Shown here one piece after another: positions 38,402 through 47,763 of a stretch of DNA of 64,000 nucleotides. The position numbers and the translations under genes were made by a program. The notes under the pieces were generated by a model. It made no database searches, was not told the origin of the DNA, and saw nothing but the letters and a program-made list of their open reading frames with translations. Numbering within the stretch: the first letter of the stretch is position 1; each line of letters starts with the position of its first letter. This stretch comes from Bdellovibrionales bacterium (GTDB taxonomy: Bacteria; Bdellovibrionota; Bdellovibrionia; Bdellovibrionales; UBA1609): NCBI GenBank assembly GCA_965200025.1, contig OZ241325.1, positions 1,099,150 through 1,163,149 on the forward strand, written 5' to 3'.

Positions 38402-38980
38402 TTATGGCTTTGAACAAATACAACCCGGTGGTTTTTTATTAACATGGGCAGGTGTGTTACTGGTGGGACAATAAACAACCTCATTAATAAGAATGCAGTT
38501 TTTATTGGTAAATGTGTCCTGACCTCCGGAAAAATCAGACTCACTGGCTGTCTGATCCACATACTTCGGATCTGGATGGGGATACAGCTTTTTGCACTTC
38601 CTCTGTGCTTCATCAATTAAGGCCTGACATTGTTCAGGATCGGGATCAATCGCCTCCTCTTCAGGTCCGTAAGAGTATTTTCCAGTTTTGCGATTTGTCT
38701 TCGTTTTGATCTCCTGAAAGAGAGGGGTATCGTAACAAAAACCCCTTTTTTTTCCTTCCACTCGTGCTTTTTGTCTCATATTAAAACATCTGATATCCCC
38801 CGGTATCACTGTGGAAGCCAAAGGGCTTGAAGAAGAAACTTTAACAGAAGTACACCACTTTTTGCACTCTTCAGAAACACCAGAATCCTTCAAAGAATCA
38901 GAATCTTTTACAGAACGGGAGTTTAATCTGCAAGACGCTGTAAAAAACACACTGATAAGAAAAATACCCATTATTTTCAC
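38402..38980 (-). CDS. Cys-rich lipoprotein, family B, copy 1
   Basis: GGAGG RBS and FTASC lipobox. Near-identical to 40180-40725 except for the central loop. Confidence 0.85.
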   Translation of the reverse strand: MKIMGIFLISVFFTASCRLNSRSVKDSDSLKDSGVSEECKKWCTSVKVSSSSPLASTVIPGDIRCFNMRQKARVEGKKRGFCYDTPLFQEIKTKTNRKTGKYSYGPEEEAIDPDPEQCQALIDEAQRKCKKLYPHPDPKYVDQTASESDFSGGQDTFTNKNCILINEVVYCPTSNTPAHVNKKPPGCICSKP

Positions 38981-38997
38981 TTTACCACCTCCATTTT

Positions 38998-39753
38998 TTA
39001 AGAAAGCTCCTCTATCAAAATAGCTAAAACTTCATCCAATGTTGAATCAAATTTTATCTCTGTTTTTGAACTATAAGGTTTTAAAAAAGATTCAAAATCT
39101 GCATCCTGTAACTCGCAAATCTTATCATTTTTCCCCGGCGTTCCACATCCAAAACCATGAGAACTCATAATCTCTGTTTGCTCAGGTCTTAAATGGGAAA
39201 GTCCCAAAGCATGACCCAACTCATGCATCATCACATTAATAAAATGTTCTTTGTCCCAAAATACCTGTTTATTCATTTTGATTATACCATAAAGAGGGAG
39301 ATAATCTACTGCCCTGCGAGAAACAGAGATATAACCATCTGCTGTGTTATGTGTTCCCCATATATTTAAAGGTAAAATGGCTTTTTGAGGATAAATAATG
39401 TTGTGTTTTTCCTTATTGCAAGACTCCACAAATAAAGGACCATCTGGAACTCCCCACATACCACAAAACCCTCCATGTTTCCTTTTTTGATATCTTTCAT
39501 ATCCTTTATTCCATCTCTGCATAGCTTCCCTTGTCCATTCATCTTCCACACGAGAGGTGTTGGCTGTTTTTAAACACACCCCCCAAGGGTAATCCCTTTT
39601 ATCCAAAATCCTGTTGGTTCTTGAACGATATTTCTTTTGTTCAATATTGTAGCTGCACCTCATTACACTTTCATTAAGCGTTACAGCATGAGTCACAGCA
39701 TATAAAGCATAACTGTGAAAGTAAAATAAAAAAATTATAATTAAATGTTTCAT
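38998..39753 (-). CDS. Secreted metzincin (matrixin-like) Zn-metalloprotease
   Basis: Signal peptide, HELGHALGLSH and Met-turn EIMSS. Confidence 0.88.
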   Translation of the reverse strand: MKHLIIIFLFYFHSYALYAVTHAVTLNESVMRCSYNIEQKKYRSRTNRILDKRDYPWGVCLKTANTSRVEDEWTREAMQRWNKGYERYQKRKHGGFCGMWGVPDGPLFVESCNKEKHNIIYPQKAILPLNIWGTHNTADGYISVSRRAVDYLPLYGIIKMNKQVFWDKEHFINVMMHELGHALGLSHLRPEQTEIMSSHGFGCGTPGKNDKICELQDADFESFLKPYSSKTEIKFDSTLDEVLAILIEELS

Positions 39754-39900
39754 TATGACGCTTTATATCATAATTCAACAGAATCCCAGTAAGAGTTTTT
39801 AAAGTTGTGAAAAAATTACACTCTGTAACCAAGAGATAAATGAAAAATTTACACACTTGTTCGTGACCCCCGAAAGGTGACTGCTTTTCCCTAAGAAAAT

Positions 39901-40166
39901 CTGATAAAAATAGCCCTTCTTTGGCAGCTGACCCAAGATGTTCTGGATTTACAAAAGAAGCTGTGAAATTTTGTAAGGATCTTGGGGTTTGGTTTGAGGA
40001 TGAAAGGTGTTGGAAAAAAATTAATGAATCAGAGGCCAAATGCCGGGAGTTAACGGGAACAGATCCTGGACCTCAGGATGTTATTTCTGAAAGACCTCCT
40101 TTTTTTATAAGGGTATTTGGCAATATAATATGCAGAGACAAAAAAATCAAAAAAGTTAAAAAATAA
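39901..40166 (+). pseudogene. Inverted, 5'-truncated copy of the family A lipoprotein
   Basis: Near-identical to the reverse complement of 40850-41115. No signal peptide, and an in-frame TGA at 39864. Confidence 0.85.
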
Positions 40167-40179
40167 AACTTTTTTTTCC

Positions 40180-40725
40180 TTATGGCTTTGAACAAATACA
40201 ACCCGGTGGTTTTTTATTAACATGGGCAGGTGTGTTACTGGTGGGACAATAAACAACCTCATTAATAAGAATGCAGTTTTTATTGGTAAGTGTGTCCTGA
40301 CCTCCGGAAAAATCAGACTCACTGGCTGTCTGATCCATGTACTTCGGATCTGGATGGGGATACAACTTTTTGCACTTCCTCTGTGCTTCATCAATTAAGG
40401 CATGGCATTTATCCGGGTCCGGATGATTTCCTCCATCAGATCTGAGATGAAAGGGCAAATCAGAAGGAGGATCTTTTTCACAAAAACCTTTTTGTTTCCC
40501 TTCTTCAAGAGCTTTTTGTCTCATATTAAAACATCTGATATCCCCCGGTATCACTGTGGAAGCCGAAAGGCTTGAAGAAGAACCCTTAACAGAAGCACAC
40601 CACTTTTTGCACTCTTCAGAAATACCAGAATCCTTCAAAGAATCAGAATCTTTTACAGAACGGGAGTTTAATCTGCAAGACGCTGTAAAAAACACACTGA
40701 TAAGAAAAATACCCATTATTTTCAC
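40180..40725 (-). CDS. Cys-rich lipoprotein, family B, copy 2
   Basis: Same termini as 38402-38980 with a different central segment. Confidence 0.85.
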   Translation of the reverse strand: MKIMGIFLISVFFTASCRLNSRSVKDSDSLKDSGISEECKKWCASVKGSSSSLSASTVIPGDIRCFNMRQKALEEGKQKGFCEKDPPSDLPFHLRSDGGNHPDPDKCHALIDEAQRKCKKLYPHPDPKYMDQTASESDFSGGQDTLTNKNCILINEVVYCPTSNTPAHVNKKPPGCICSKP

Positions 40726-40849
40726 TTTACCACCTCCATTTTTTAAAAAAGCTCTCTGCTATCACCCCCGCTTGTGGATCGAGCAAAGGGTATGTAAGGA
40801 TCTCATACATTTCTAAAAAAAACTACAATAAAGAGAGCAGGAGTGAAAG

Positions 40850-41191
40850 CTATTTTTTAACTTTTTTGATTTTTTTGTCCCTGCATATTATATTGCCAAA
40901 TACCCTTATAAAAAAGGGTGGTCTTTCAGAAATAACATCCTGAGGTCCAGGCTCTGTTCCCGTTACCTCCCGGCATTTGGCTTCTGATTCATTAATTTTT
41001 TTCCAACACCTTTCATCCTCAAACCAAACTCCAAGATCCTTACAAAATTTCACAGCTTCTTTTGTAAATCCAGAACATCTTGGGTCAGCTGCCAATGAAG
41101 GGTTGTTTTTGTCAGTATCAGAGGAATCCTCATAACAGGCACAAGCTCCACAGAACCACAAAATCCATATTAAAATAATTACTTTTTTCAT
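40850..41191 (-). CDS. Cys-rich probable lipoprotein, family A, copy 2
   Basis: MKKVIILIWILWFCGAC leader and GGGGAG RBS. Confidence 0.82.
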   Translation of the reverse strand: MKKVIILIWILWFCGACACYEDSSDTDKNNPSLAADPRCSGFTKEAVKFCKDLGVWFEDERCWKKINESEAKCREVTGTEPGPQDVISERPPFFIRVFGNIICRDKKIKKVKK

Positions 41192-41340
41192 TTTTTTAAC
41201 TCCCCTTCTTGTTACCTTAAAAGCATACGTCGGTTTTGGCCACCGAGGCTGCCACCGCCACCCCCGCTTGTGGATCGAGCAGGTGTATAAGGATCATACA
41301 TCTTTAAAAAAAACTACAATAAAGAGAGCAGGAGTGAAAG

Positions 41341-41682
41341 CTATTTTTTAACTTTTTTGATTTTTTTGTCCCTGCATATTATATTGCCAAATACCCTTAT
41401 AAAAAAGGGTGGTCTTTCAGAAATAACATCCTGAGGTCCAGGCTCTGTTCCCGTTACCTCCCGGCATTTGTTTATTGCTTCATCCCATTCTTTTTTACAT
41501 CTTTCATCCTCAAACCAAACTCCAAGATTCTTACAAAATTTAAAAGTCTCGTCATAAAATTTATCACATCTTGGGTCAGCCGCCAATGAAGGGTTGTTTT
41601 TATCAGTATCAGAGGAGTCCTCATAACAGGCACAAGCTCCACAGAACCACAAAATCCATATTAAAATAATTACTTTTTTCAT
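41341..41682 (-). CDS. Cys-rich probable lipoprotein, family A, copy 1
   Basis: Identical to copy 2 except within the central 33 aa or so. Confidence 0.82.
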   Translation of the reverse strand: MKKVIILIWILWFCGACACYEDSSDTDKNNPSLAADPRCDKFYDETFKFCKNLGVWFEDERCKKEWDEAINKCREVTGTEPGPQDVISERPPFFIRVFGNIICRDKKIKKVKK

Positions 41683-41703
41683 TTTGTTTAACTCCCCTTC
41701 TTG

Positions 41704-42447
41704 TTACCTTAAAAGCATACGTCGGTTTTGGCCACCGAGGCTGCCACCCCCACCACCACCTGTGGATTGAGCAGGTATATAAGGATCATACATCTCCAAG
41801 AAAGATTCAAAATGAAAAGAGTTGGGAAGGCACTTATCCAAATTTTTGTTACACGACTCTTGAGTGGGAAACATTAAATCATCATATTTAAAATGAGGAA
41901 TACCCAAAACATGGCCCAGTTCATGCATAACAACAGCAACCAAAAAGTTATTCCCCGGGCTGGAAAGGCTAAAATCAAAATCCCTGTCTTCATCTATCAC
42001 TATACTTGTCCCCTGATAACCCCCACAAAAAAAGCTCCATGGACGGCTCACGCGTGCCAAAGTTTTTCCCTTAATATTTTTCTTATAAATATCAATAACA
42101 TCATATTTCCTTTTTGTATAGTCTGATTTACATCCAAAAGTAAATAAAGCCCCCTTTGGTATCCCCTTTAAGCGTTTCAGTTGATTTCCCCACTTATTTT
42201 TGATATACTCTGTGTACCTATAGTTCTATTCTGCAGCAGCATGAATAATCAGATAACTTTCATCTTCTGAAAAATTCTCACTATCATAGCAAAGATACAA
42301 GGGAAATACATCCCAGTCATGCTTAATAACATATGATTGAAAATAATGATTTGTTCTATGATTGTAAGTAAGCCTTTTTCTCCACTCATAAGCTTTTGTG
42401 GAAAGGCTTAAGAAAAACAACATAAAAAGCAGTATTATTTTTGTCAT
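41704..42447 (-). pseudogene. Second metzincin protease with in-frame TAG at 42226-42228
   Basis: ORFs 42226-42447 and 41704-42060 are in one frame, joined by open sequence. HELGHVLGIPH..DLMFP is present, and the TAG aligns with Trp of the paralog (QRWN vs AE*N). Confidence 0.85.
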
Positions 42448-42689
42448 ATAAAGTATTTTTATAAATATACTGCATTGTGTCAATAAAAAGCTTATCAGGG
42501 TTTGTTTTTTTTCTCTGTGTGTGAAAAAATTACACACATTGGAATAAAGTTGGCTGTTTTGTGGCGGGCATAGTCACTGATGCAGTTTTTAAGCTGTTAT
42601 TGAATATTCCCCTGGGGGTATTATGGTTTTCTTTTTCTCATAGTGTAACAGCACTTTTCCTATACCAATTCAATGGGAGGTAAGTAAGA

Positions 42690-43227
42690 ATGAAAAAAAT
42701 TTTATGTATTTTTGGAGTATTTTGCTTTTGTTTTTTGGTTTCAGCTCAAGAGTTTTTTTATTACCTCTATTTGTGACAGAACCCCACAGATTGCGGCGGC
42801 TATCTTAAGGAAAGCGGAGAGAAAAGATTGTGCAAAAGTCACTGTGGAGGAGTTGGGAGTGATAGAGACAATGAGTTTAATGGAAGAGGACATAACTTCG
42901 CTTAAACCTGGTGATTTTTCTGGTTTATTCTCTTTAACAATGATTCTTCTGGGTTATAATAAGTTAAGAATCCTTAAGGAAGGGGTATTTTTTGGTTTGC
43001 AGAAATTGGAAATACTTCGTCTTAACAGCAATCAGCTTCACAGTTTGCCAGCGGGGGTGTTTTCCGGTTTGGTTTCTTTAAAGAAACTGAGCCTTGAGGG
43101 GAATCAGATAAGTACTTTGCCAGTGGGGATCTTTTCCCGTTTAAGCTCTCTGAGCTGGCTTGATTTGAGAAACAATCCACTGCCAAAAAAAGAGATTCTG
43201 CGTATTTATAGAGAAGTAAACAGATAA
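42690..43227 (+). pseudogene. Secreted LRR protein frameshifted in a T7 run (42753-42759)
   Basis: GGGAGG plus ATG 42690 gives MKKILCIFGVFCFCFLVSAQEFF. Removing one T joins it to ITSICDRTPQ and the LRRs. Confidence 0.8.
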
Positions 43228-43232
43228 TTTCC

Positions 43233-43682
43233 TTACTTTGGTTTGAGTTTGTTAAACACAGTGTCTTGCAGCTGATACATTTTTTTGGCCTCTGCTTTGC
43301 TTTTTTCATGATCAAAACCCAAAAGATGAAGCAGGCCATGTAAAACCAAATACTCCAGCCAAAAATCCAACCTGTCCTTTTTTGATTTTCTTTGAATCAC
43401 AGGCAGGCAAAGGGCTATTTCACCCAAGGAACCCTCCTCTGAAGGGGCAAAACTTAAAATATCTGTCGCTTTGTCATGCTTTCTGTGGCTTTTGTTCAAA
43501 TTTCGCATACGCTCTTCTGTAACAAAAACCAAATTCACACTTTTAAAGGCCTCAGGCTTTGACACCACCCCCATGGCAACAAGCTCTTTAAATACACTCC
43601 TCACCCATAACAAAAGAGAAGCTTTACCTGGTAAAGCCCCCTGAGTGTTTAAAATCCGAACTTTCATTTTCTTTGTTGTCAC
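43233..43682 (-). CDS. ybeY: rRNA maturation RNase YbeY
   Basis: ATDILSF, LGEI and HGLLHLLGFDH. Confidence 0.95.
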   Translation of the reverse strand: MTTKKMKVRILNTQGALPGKASLLLWVRSVFKELVAMGVVSKPEAFKSVNLVFVTEERMRNLNKSHRKHDKATDILSFAPSEEGSLGEIALCLPVIQRKSKKDRLDFWLEYLVLHGLLHLLGFDHEKSKAEAKKMYQLQDTVFNKLKPK

Positions 43683-45277
43683 TCATTAAATTTATAAAAA
43701 AGTTTTCTTTTAAAAGCATTAAAAAACACAAGAGCCTCAGAAAGTTTTAACCACCAGCACACACACAAATACCAGGCAAAAGCAAAAGCCAGTAAAAACA
43801 AAAACCCACACAGGTAAAGCCAAAAATTATTTTTTAAACCCTCTGTAAAAAACCCCAAACCCCAATGAAAAACAACTGCCATACATAAAAGCCCGGGCAG
43901 GAGAGCAAAAACCTTTTTCAGAGTACGCCACACATAAAGTGGCCCCACACAGAAAGGATAAGCCAGCAAAAGCAAAGCCATAAAAAACAGATGAGAGAGT
44001 ACTGTGGCCCACACCAGCCCCGGCAAATCAAAACCCCTGACCATGTAAGGGGTCCATAAAGCATGAAACAACACATAAAGACACACACACAGGGCCGGGT
44101 ACCAGGTGTTTTTTACAGCATAAAAAGCGGTGGAAAGCACATAAGTCACAGAGCTTAGCACAAGCAGGGCTGAGTGGATTTTCACCACCACGGCGGTTTG
44201 CAGCACAGCGGCCTCGTCAAAAAAACCTCTTTGAAACAAAAGCCCAACCACATACTCCCCCCCAAACACAAACACCACCGCACAGGGAAGGGTTAAAAAC
44301 AAAAGCATATCCAGGTTCTCAGCCGCTTTGTCAGAAACCTTAAACTGCTTTCCCTTTGCCACCATTTGAGAAAGCGAGGTAAGCAAGGCTGTACCCAGGC
44401 TGACAGCTATCAGGGACCGGGGAAGCTCCAACAAACGATCCCCGTAATAAATAAAAGTGTGAGTGCCTTCCGGAAGCCAGCCGGCAAAATACAAATTCAG
44501 CATTCCCACAAGACTTAAACCCCCCACCCCCAAAAGCCCCGGGAAAAAACGACTGTAAAACAATTTTAACTCCGGGGTAAAAAAACAAAACCTGAATTTT
44601 GGAAAAAACCCCATACGGCCCAATGCAAAAGCTGTCAGTATCATTTGAAAAAAACCCCCCACCAAAACCCCAAAACAAAGCAGCATCGATGGCACAGGCA
44701 CCCATGAGGGGGGAAGAAAAGCAAACGCAATAACAAAAGCATTTAAAACAGCAGGAGCCAGAGCCGGAACAAAAAACCTCCCCAAAGCATTGCACACACC
44801 CATAAAATACGCATACAAAGTCACTAAAAACAAATACACAAACATAAGCCGGGAAAGAAGAATCACAGTGTCCAGCTTCCCCTCAACCTGCGAAAAAGCA
44901 CTGCCCTCAAACATGGCGTAAAACACATACTCCATCATCAAAACCCCCACCACCACCAAAATCCCCACCACCACCAAAAGCAGAGTATAAACACTGTTCA
45001 TAAAATTTTTAGCTTTTTCCTCAGCAGAAGGGGGTGAAGACAAAAGATGCACAAACACCGGGATAAAACTTATGGACAAAGCCCCCTCCCCCAAAAACTT
45101 TCGAAAAAAATTAGGGATTCGAAAAGCCACAAAAAAAATATCCGTCTGGGTGCGGGAAAAAAAGGCCCCCACCGCCACATCCCGAAACAAACCCAAAACC
45201 CGGGAGATAAAAGTCCCTGAGGACATAAAAAAGGCCCTTTTCACCACTTTATGGCGTTCCTGCTGAGAAGTGGACAA
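43679..45277 (-). CDS. murJ: Lipid II flippase MurJ
   Basis: SRVLGLFRD, AFRIPNFFRKFLGEGA and DRLLELP. Confidence 0.95.
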   Translation of the reverse strand: MSTSQQERHKVVKRAFFMSSGTFISRVLGLFRDVAVGAFFSRTQTDIFFVAFRIPNFFRKFLGEGALSISFIPVFVHLLSSPPSAEEKAKNFMNSVYTLLLVVVGILVVVGVLMMEYVFYAMFEGSAFSQVEGKLDTVILLSRLMFVYLFLVTLYAYFMGVCNALGRFFVPALAPAVLNAFVIAFAFLPPSWVPVPSMLLCFGVLVGGFFQMILTAFALGRMGFFPKFRFCFFTPELKLFYSRFFPGLLGVGGLSLVGMLNLYFAGWLPEGTHTFIYYGDRLLELPRSLIAVSLGTALLTSLSQMVAKGKQFKVSDKAAENLDMLLFLTLPCAVVFVFGGEYVVGLLFQRGFFDEAAVLQTAVVVKIHSALLVLSSVTYVLSTAFYAVKNTWYPALCVCLYVLFHALWTPYMVRGFDLPGLVWATVLSHLFFMALLLLAYPFCVGPLYVWRTLKKVFALLPGLLCMAVVFHWGLGFFTEGLKNNFWLYLCGFLFLLAFAFAWYLCVCWWLKLSEALVFFNAFKRKLFYKFNE

Positions 45278-45417
45278 TGTAAAATCCCCTGTGATATAAA
45301 AAAGTTGAAACCAGAAATTTTATATGCAAAAGTACATTTATAAGAAAATACACCACAGAAAGCTTAAAAAGAGCAAGAAAGTTTAAAAATTTTTAAAACC
45401 GGAAGGGGTTATTTAAA

Positions 45418-45729
45418 ATGGCCAATCACAAGTCTGCAAAAAAAAGAATCCGTCAAACAGCCAGAAGGCTTCAGACCTCAAAACCGGTCAGAAGCCATCT
45501 GAAAAGTGCTGAAAAAACTCTCAAAAACCTCTTAAGCCAGGGGGAAAAACACAAAGCAGAAGGGCTAAAAAACAAGCTCAGTGCTTTTTACACTCTTATG
45601 GACCAGGCCGTAAGGAAAGGCATTCAACACAAAAACAAAGCCATGCGTAAAAAATCTCAAATGGCCCGCCTTATCAACCAGCACTTCAGCAAAAACAAGG
45701 AGAAAAGCCCATCCCCGCCATCCGCATAA
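45418..45729 (+). CDS. rpsT: 30S ribosomal protein S20
   Basis: MANHKSAKKRIRQ and KGI.HKNKA.RKKS. Confidence 0.95.
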   Translation: MANHKSAKKRIRQTARRLQTSKPVRSHLKSAEKTLKNLLSQGEKHKAEGLKNKLSAFYTLMDQAVRKGIQHKNKAMRKKSQMARLINQHFSKNKEKSPSPPSA

Positions 45730-45743
45730 AACAACATTCCATA

Positions 45744-46709
45744 TTGTACAGTGTGGTTTTAGCCCTGTTGCTTTTTCCCTTAAAAAGCCAGGCTCTGCTT
45801 TCCAGCTGCCAGGTGGCAAATATCTTATGGAACCAGGGGCAAAAACAGGGGGCCTGCAAGCTGGCCCGGCAATTTAACTGCCAACAGATTAGCAAACAGT
45901 GCGGACCACCTGCACCTCCCTCCCCTCCCGTATCCCACACAGAAGAGGCAGAGGAAAGCACACCACCCCCACCACCAAAACCTCCACAAGTACCTCCACC
46001 TTCACCTTCAACTTCCCCAAAAAGCCAGGTGCTTAATATGGGCAACCTGATAAAGGCAAGGCTCCCCAAAGGCAACCTGCCACCTTCCGCTCACCCTATT
46101 CCTGCCGCAGGAAAACCAGGCATCACCCTTCAGGGCCGGTTAAAAGTTATGGTCAAAAACTTTGATGACTTAAAAGTCTGTGACAAATCCGGCAGATGTC
46201 AAAAGGTGTGTTATGAGGATGGTACAAACTGCATGGGGCAGGAAAAAAAGGGAGGGTGCAACTCCCACACCACCTGTACAGAGCTTTGTGCCAGAAGGTC
46301 CACCAAGCTTTGCCGGTTTAAAAAATGCCATCCCCCTTTGAAGGAGGAGGAGTTAAACTCCCTCACTGTTTTAAAGGAATTATGCTCCCCCTCCAGCACC
46401 AGATGCCAGACCGACAGAAGAAGATGGCATTACACCAAGCACACCGGAAGCCCCAGCAGTGTGGGGGGCCACAGTCATGACATGTGGACGGGAGGATTTA
46501 CCACCTGTATGAGAACACAAATCACCAACAAAAAATGTCAAGAACCGGAATGCCAAAAATGCACAGACTGTATCAATAAAATTAAACCGGGAAGAAAACA
46601 CAAACGGATTTGGAGAAAAGCAGGTGGGAAAGCCGCTCTTTACGCCTGTGACCCCGTATGTGCCAATGTGTGGCAAAAGGTTATTCCACCGGATTACCCG
46701 GAGGGTTAA
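45744..46709 (+). CDS. Secreted Pro-rich/Cys-rich protein
   Basis: Signal-like N-terminus, poly-Pro stalk and about 20 Cys. The start codon is uncertain. Confidence 0.7.
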   Translation: MYSVVLALLLFPLKSQALLSSCQVANILWNQGQKQGACKLARQFNCQQISKQCGPPAPPSPPVSHTEEAEESTPPPPPKPPQVPPPSPSTSPKSQVLNMGNLIKARLPKGNLPPSAHPIPAAGKPGITLQGRLKVMVKNFDDLKVCDKSGRCQKVCYEDGTNCMGQEKKGGCNSHTTCTELCARRSTKLCRFKKCHPPLKEEELNSLTVLKELCSPSSTRCQTDRRRWHYTKHTGSPSSVGGHSHDMWTGGFTTCMRTQITNKKCQEPECQKCTDCINKIKPGRKHKRIWRKAGGKAALYACDPVCANVWQKVIPPDYPEG

Positions 46710-46715
46710 TCACAC

Positions 46716-47711
46716 TTAAGAACAGGTTTTTAAAATCAGATTTTCCAGCCAGATGTGAGAGGGCAGGGGCGAAGACTTTAAAGCCTTGTCTGTCAGATAC
46801 AAAGTCTGAAGGGTGGAAGTGATTTTTTTATCCTGCCACATGTCTGCCTCCAAAATATACTCTCTCACAAAAAATAAGGGAAGCCCCGTTCTTTGTGCCA
46901 AAGTACGCTCTGTATAACCTTTTTTTACCCCTTCCTTGATACGGGCCAGGATGCGAATATGACGCAAAACCAAAGACAAAACCCCTATTTCACTCTGGTT
47001 GTCCTCCAACAAACGGGACAGGCAGCACAAAGCCTCTGAGAGTTTTTGAGTGGCAATGGCCTTGGAAAGAGCAAAAATATTTTCCGGACGAATTCTGGGT
47101 ACCACCTTTAACACATCCTCTGCCCCAATCACATGGCCCCTGTCAAAAACCTGGCTGAGTTTTTGCAACTCATGCTCTATGCTCATAAGATCGTAACCGG
47201 CGTACTGTCTGAGAACAGACACAGCCGCCCCGGAGAGTTTAATCCCCTGTTGTTTGGCCATCTCATCCACCCACAGGGACCACTCACTGTCCTTGGGCCG
47301 CCCGGCAGACATCGTCTCACAGAATTGCATAAGGGTTTTGATGGCTTTTTTTCGCTTGTCAGGGGCGGAGGAGACAAACACCAACACACAAGCGGGGGCT
47401 GGCTCTTCCATAAGAGTTTTTAAGAGCTTAAGATCTTTTTCATTAAATCGCTCAGCCTGCTCACAAAGCACCATTCTTTTTTCAGAAAACACGGGCAGGG
47501 TTTGAACAGTCTCTTTCAGTTTTTCCACCTCGCATTCCCCGGCCCGAAACACATGGTAATTAAAATCCTCTGAAGCTCCCTTTAAACTGTGTTTTTTGAT
47601 TTCTTTAAGAGCCTCCCTGATGAGATAAGTCTCCTCCCCCATAAGAAAATACAGGTTTTTTACCGGCTTTTCGAAAAGCTTGGTTTTTAAACTCTTCAGT
47701 GTTAAAGACAT
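46716..47711 (-). CDS. holA: DNA polymerase III delta subunit
   Basis: YFLMGEE.YL, LPVFSEKR.V, PDKRKK, ELQKL and D.ALKSS. Confidence 0.9.
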   Translation of the reverse strand: MSLTLKSLKTKLFEKPVKNLYFLMGEETYLIREALKEIKKHSLKGASEDFNYHVFRAGECEVEKLKETVQTLPVFSEKRMVLCEQAERFNEKDLKLLKTLMEEPAPACVLVFVSSAPDKRKKAIKTLMQFCETMSAGRPKDSEWSLWVDEMAKQQGIKLSGAAVSVLRQYAGYDLMSIEHELQKLSQVFDRGHVIGAEDVLKVVPRIRPENIFALSKAIATQKLSEALCCLSRLLEDNQSEIGVLSLVLRHIRILARIKEGVKKGYTERTLAQRTGLPLFFVREYILEADMWQDKKITSTLQTLYLTDKALKSSPLPSHIWLENLILKTCS

Positions 47712-47763
47712 GAAAACTGCATTGTGTAAAAAGTCATAAACCCCTTATAAGGAACTTTAAAAA

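Larger units (their letters stand above)
40765..41795. repeat. 491-bp tandem duplication (protease 3' tail, family A lipoprotein, spacer)
   Basis: The ORFs at 40850 and 41341 are offset by 491 bp. The protease tail 41704-41795 recurs at 41213-41301 and degenerately at about 40765-40812. Confidence 0.9.

Noticed and set aside
38402-41682. Diversity-generating retroelement behind the variable lipoproteins
   Set aside because: No reverse transcriptase is present. Differences involve all four bases and indels (e.g. GTG/TTT, TCT/GAT), not adenine-specific changes.
42226-42228. Amber recoding (pyrrolysine or an alternative genetic code)
   Set aside because: TAG is used as a normal stop nearby (40850, 41341, aligned with TAA at 40164-40166). 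The codon is one change from a conserved TGG, and no pyl genes are seen.
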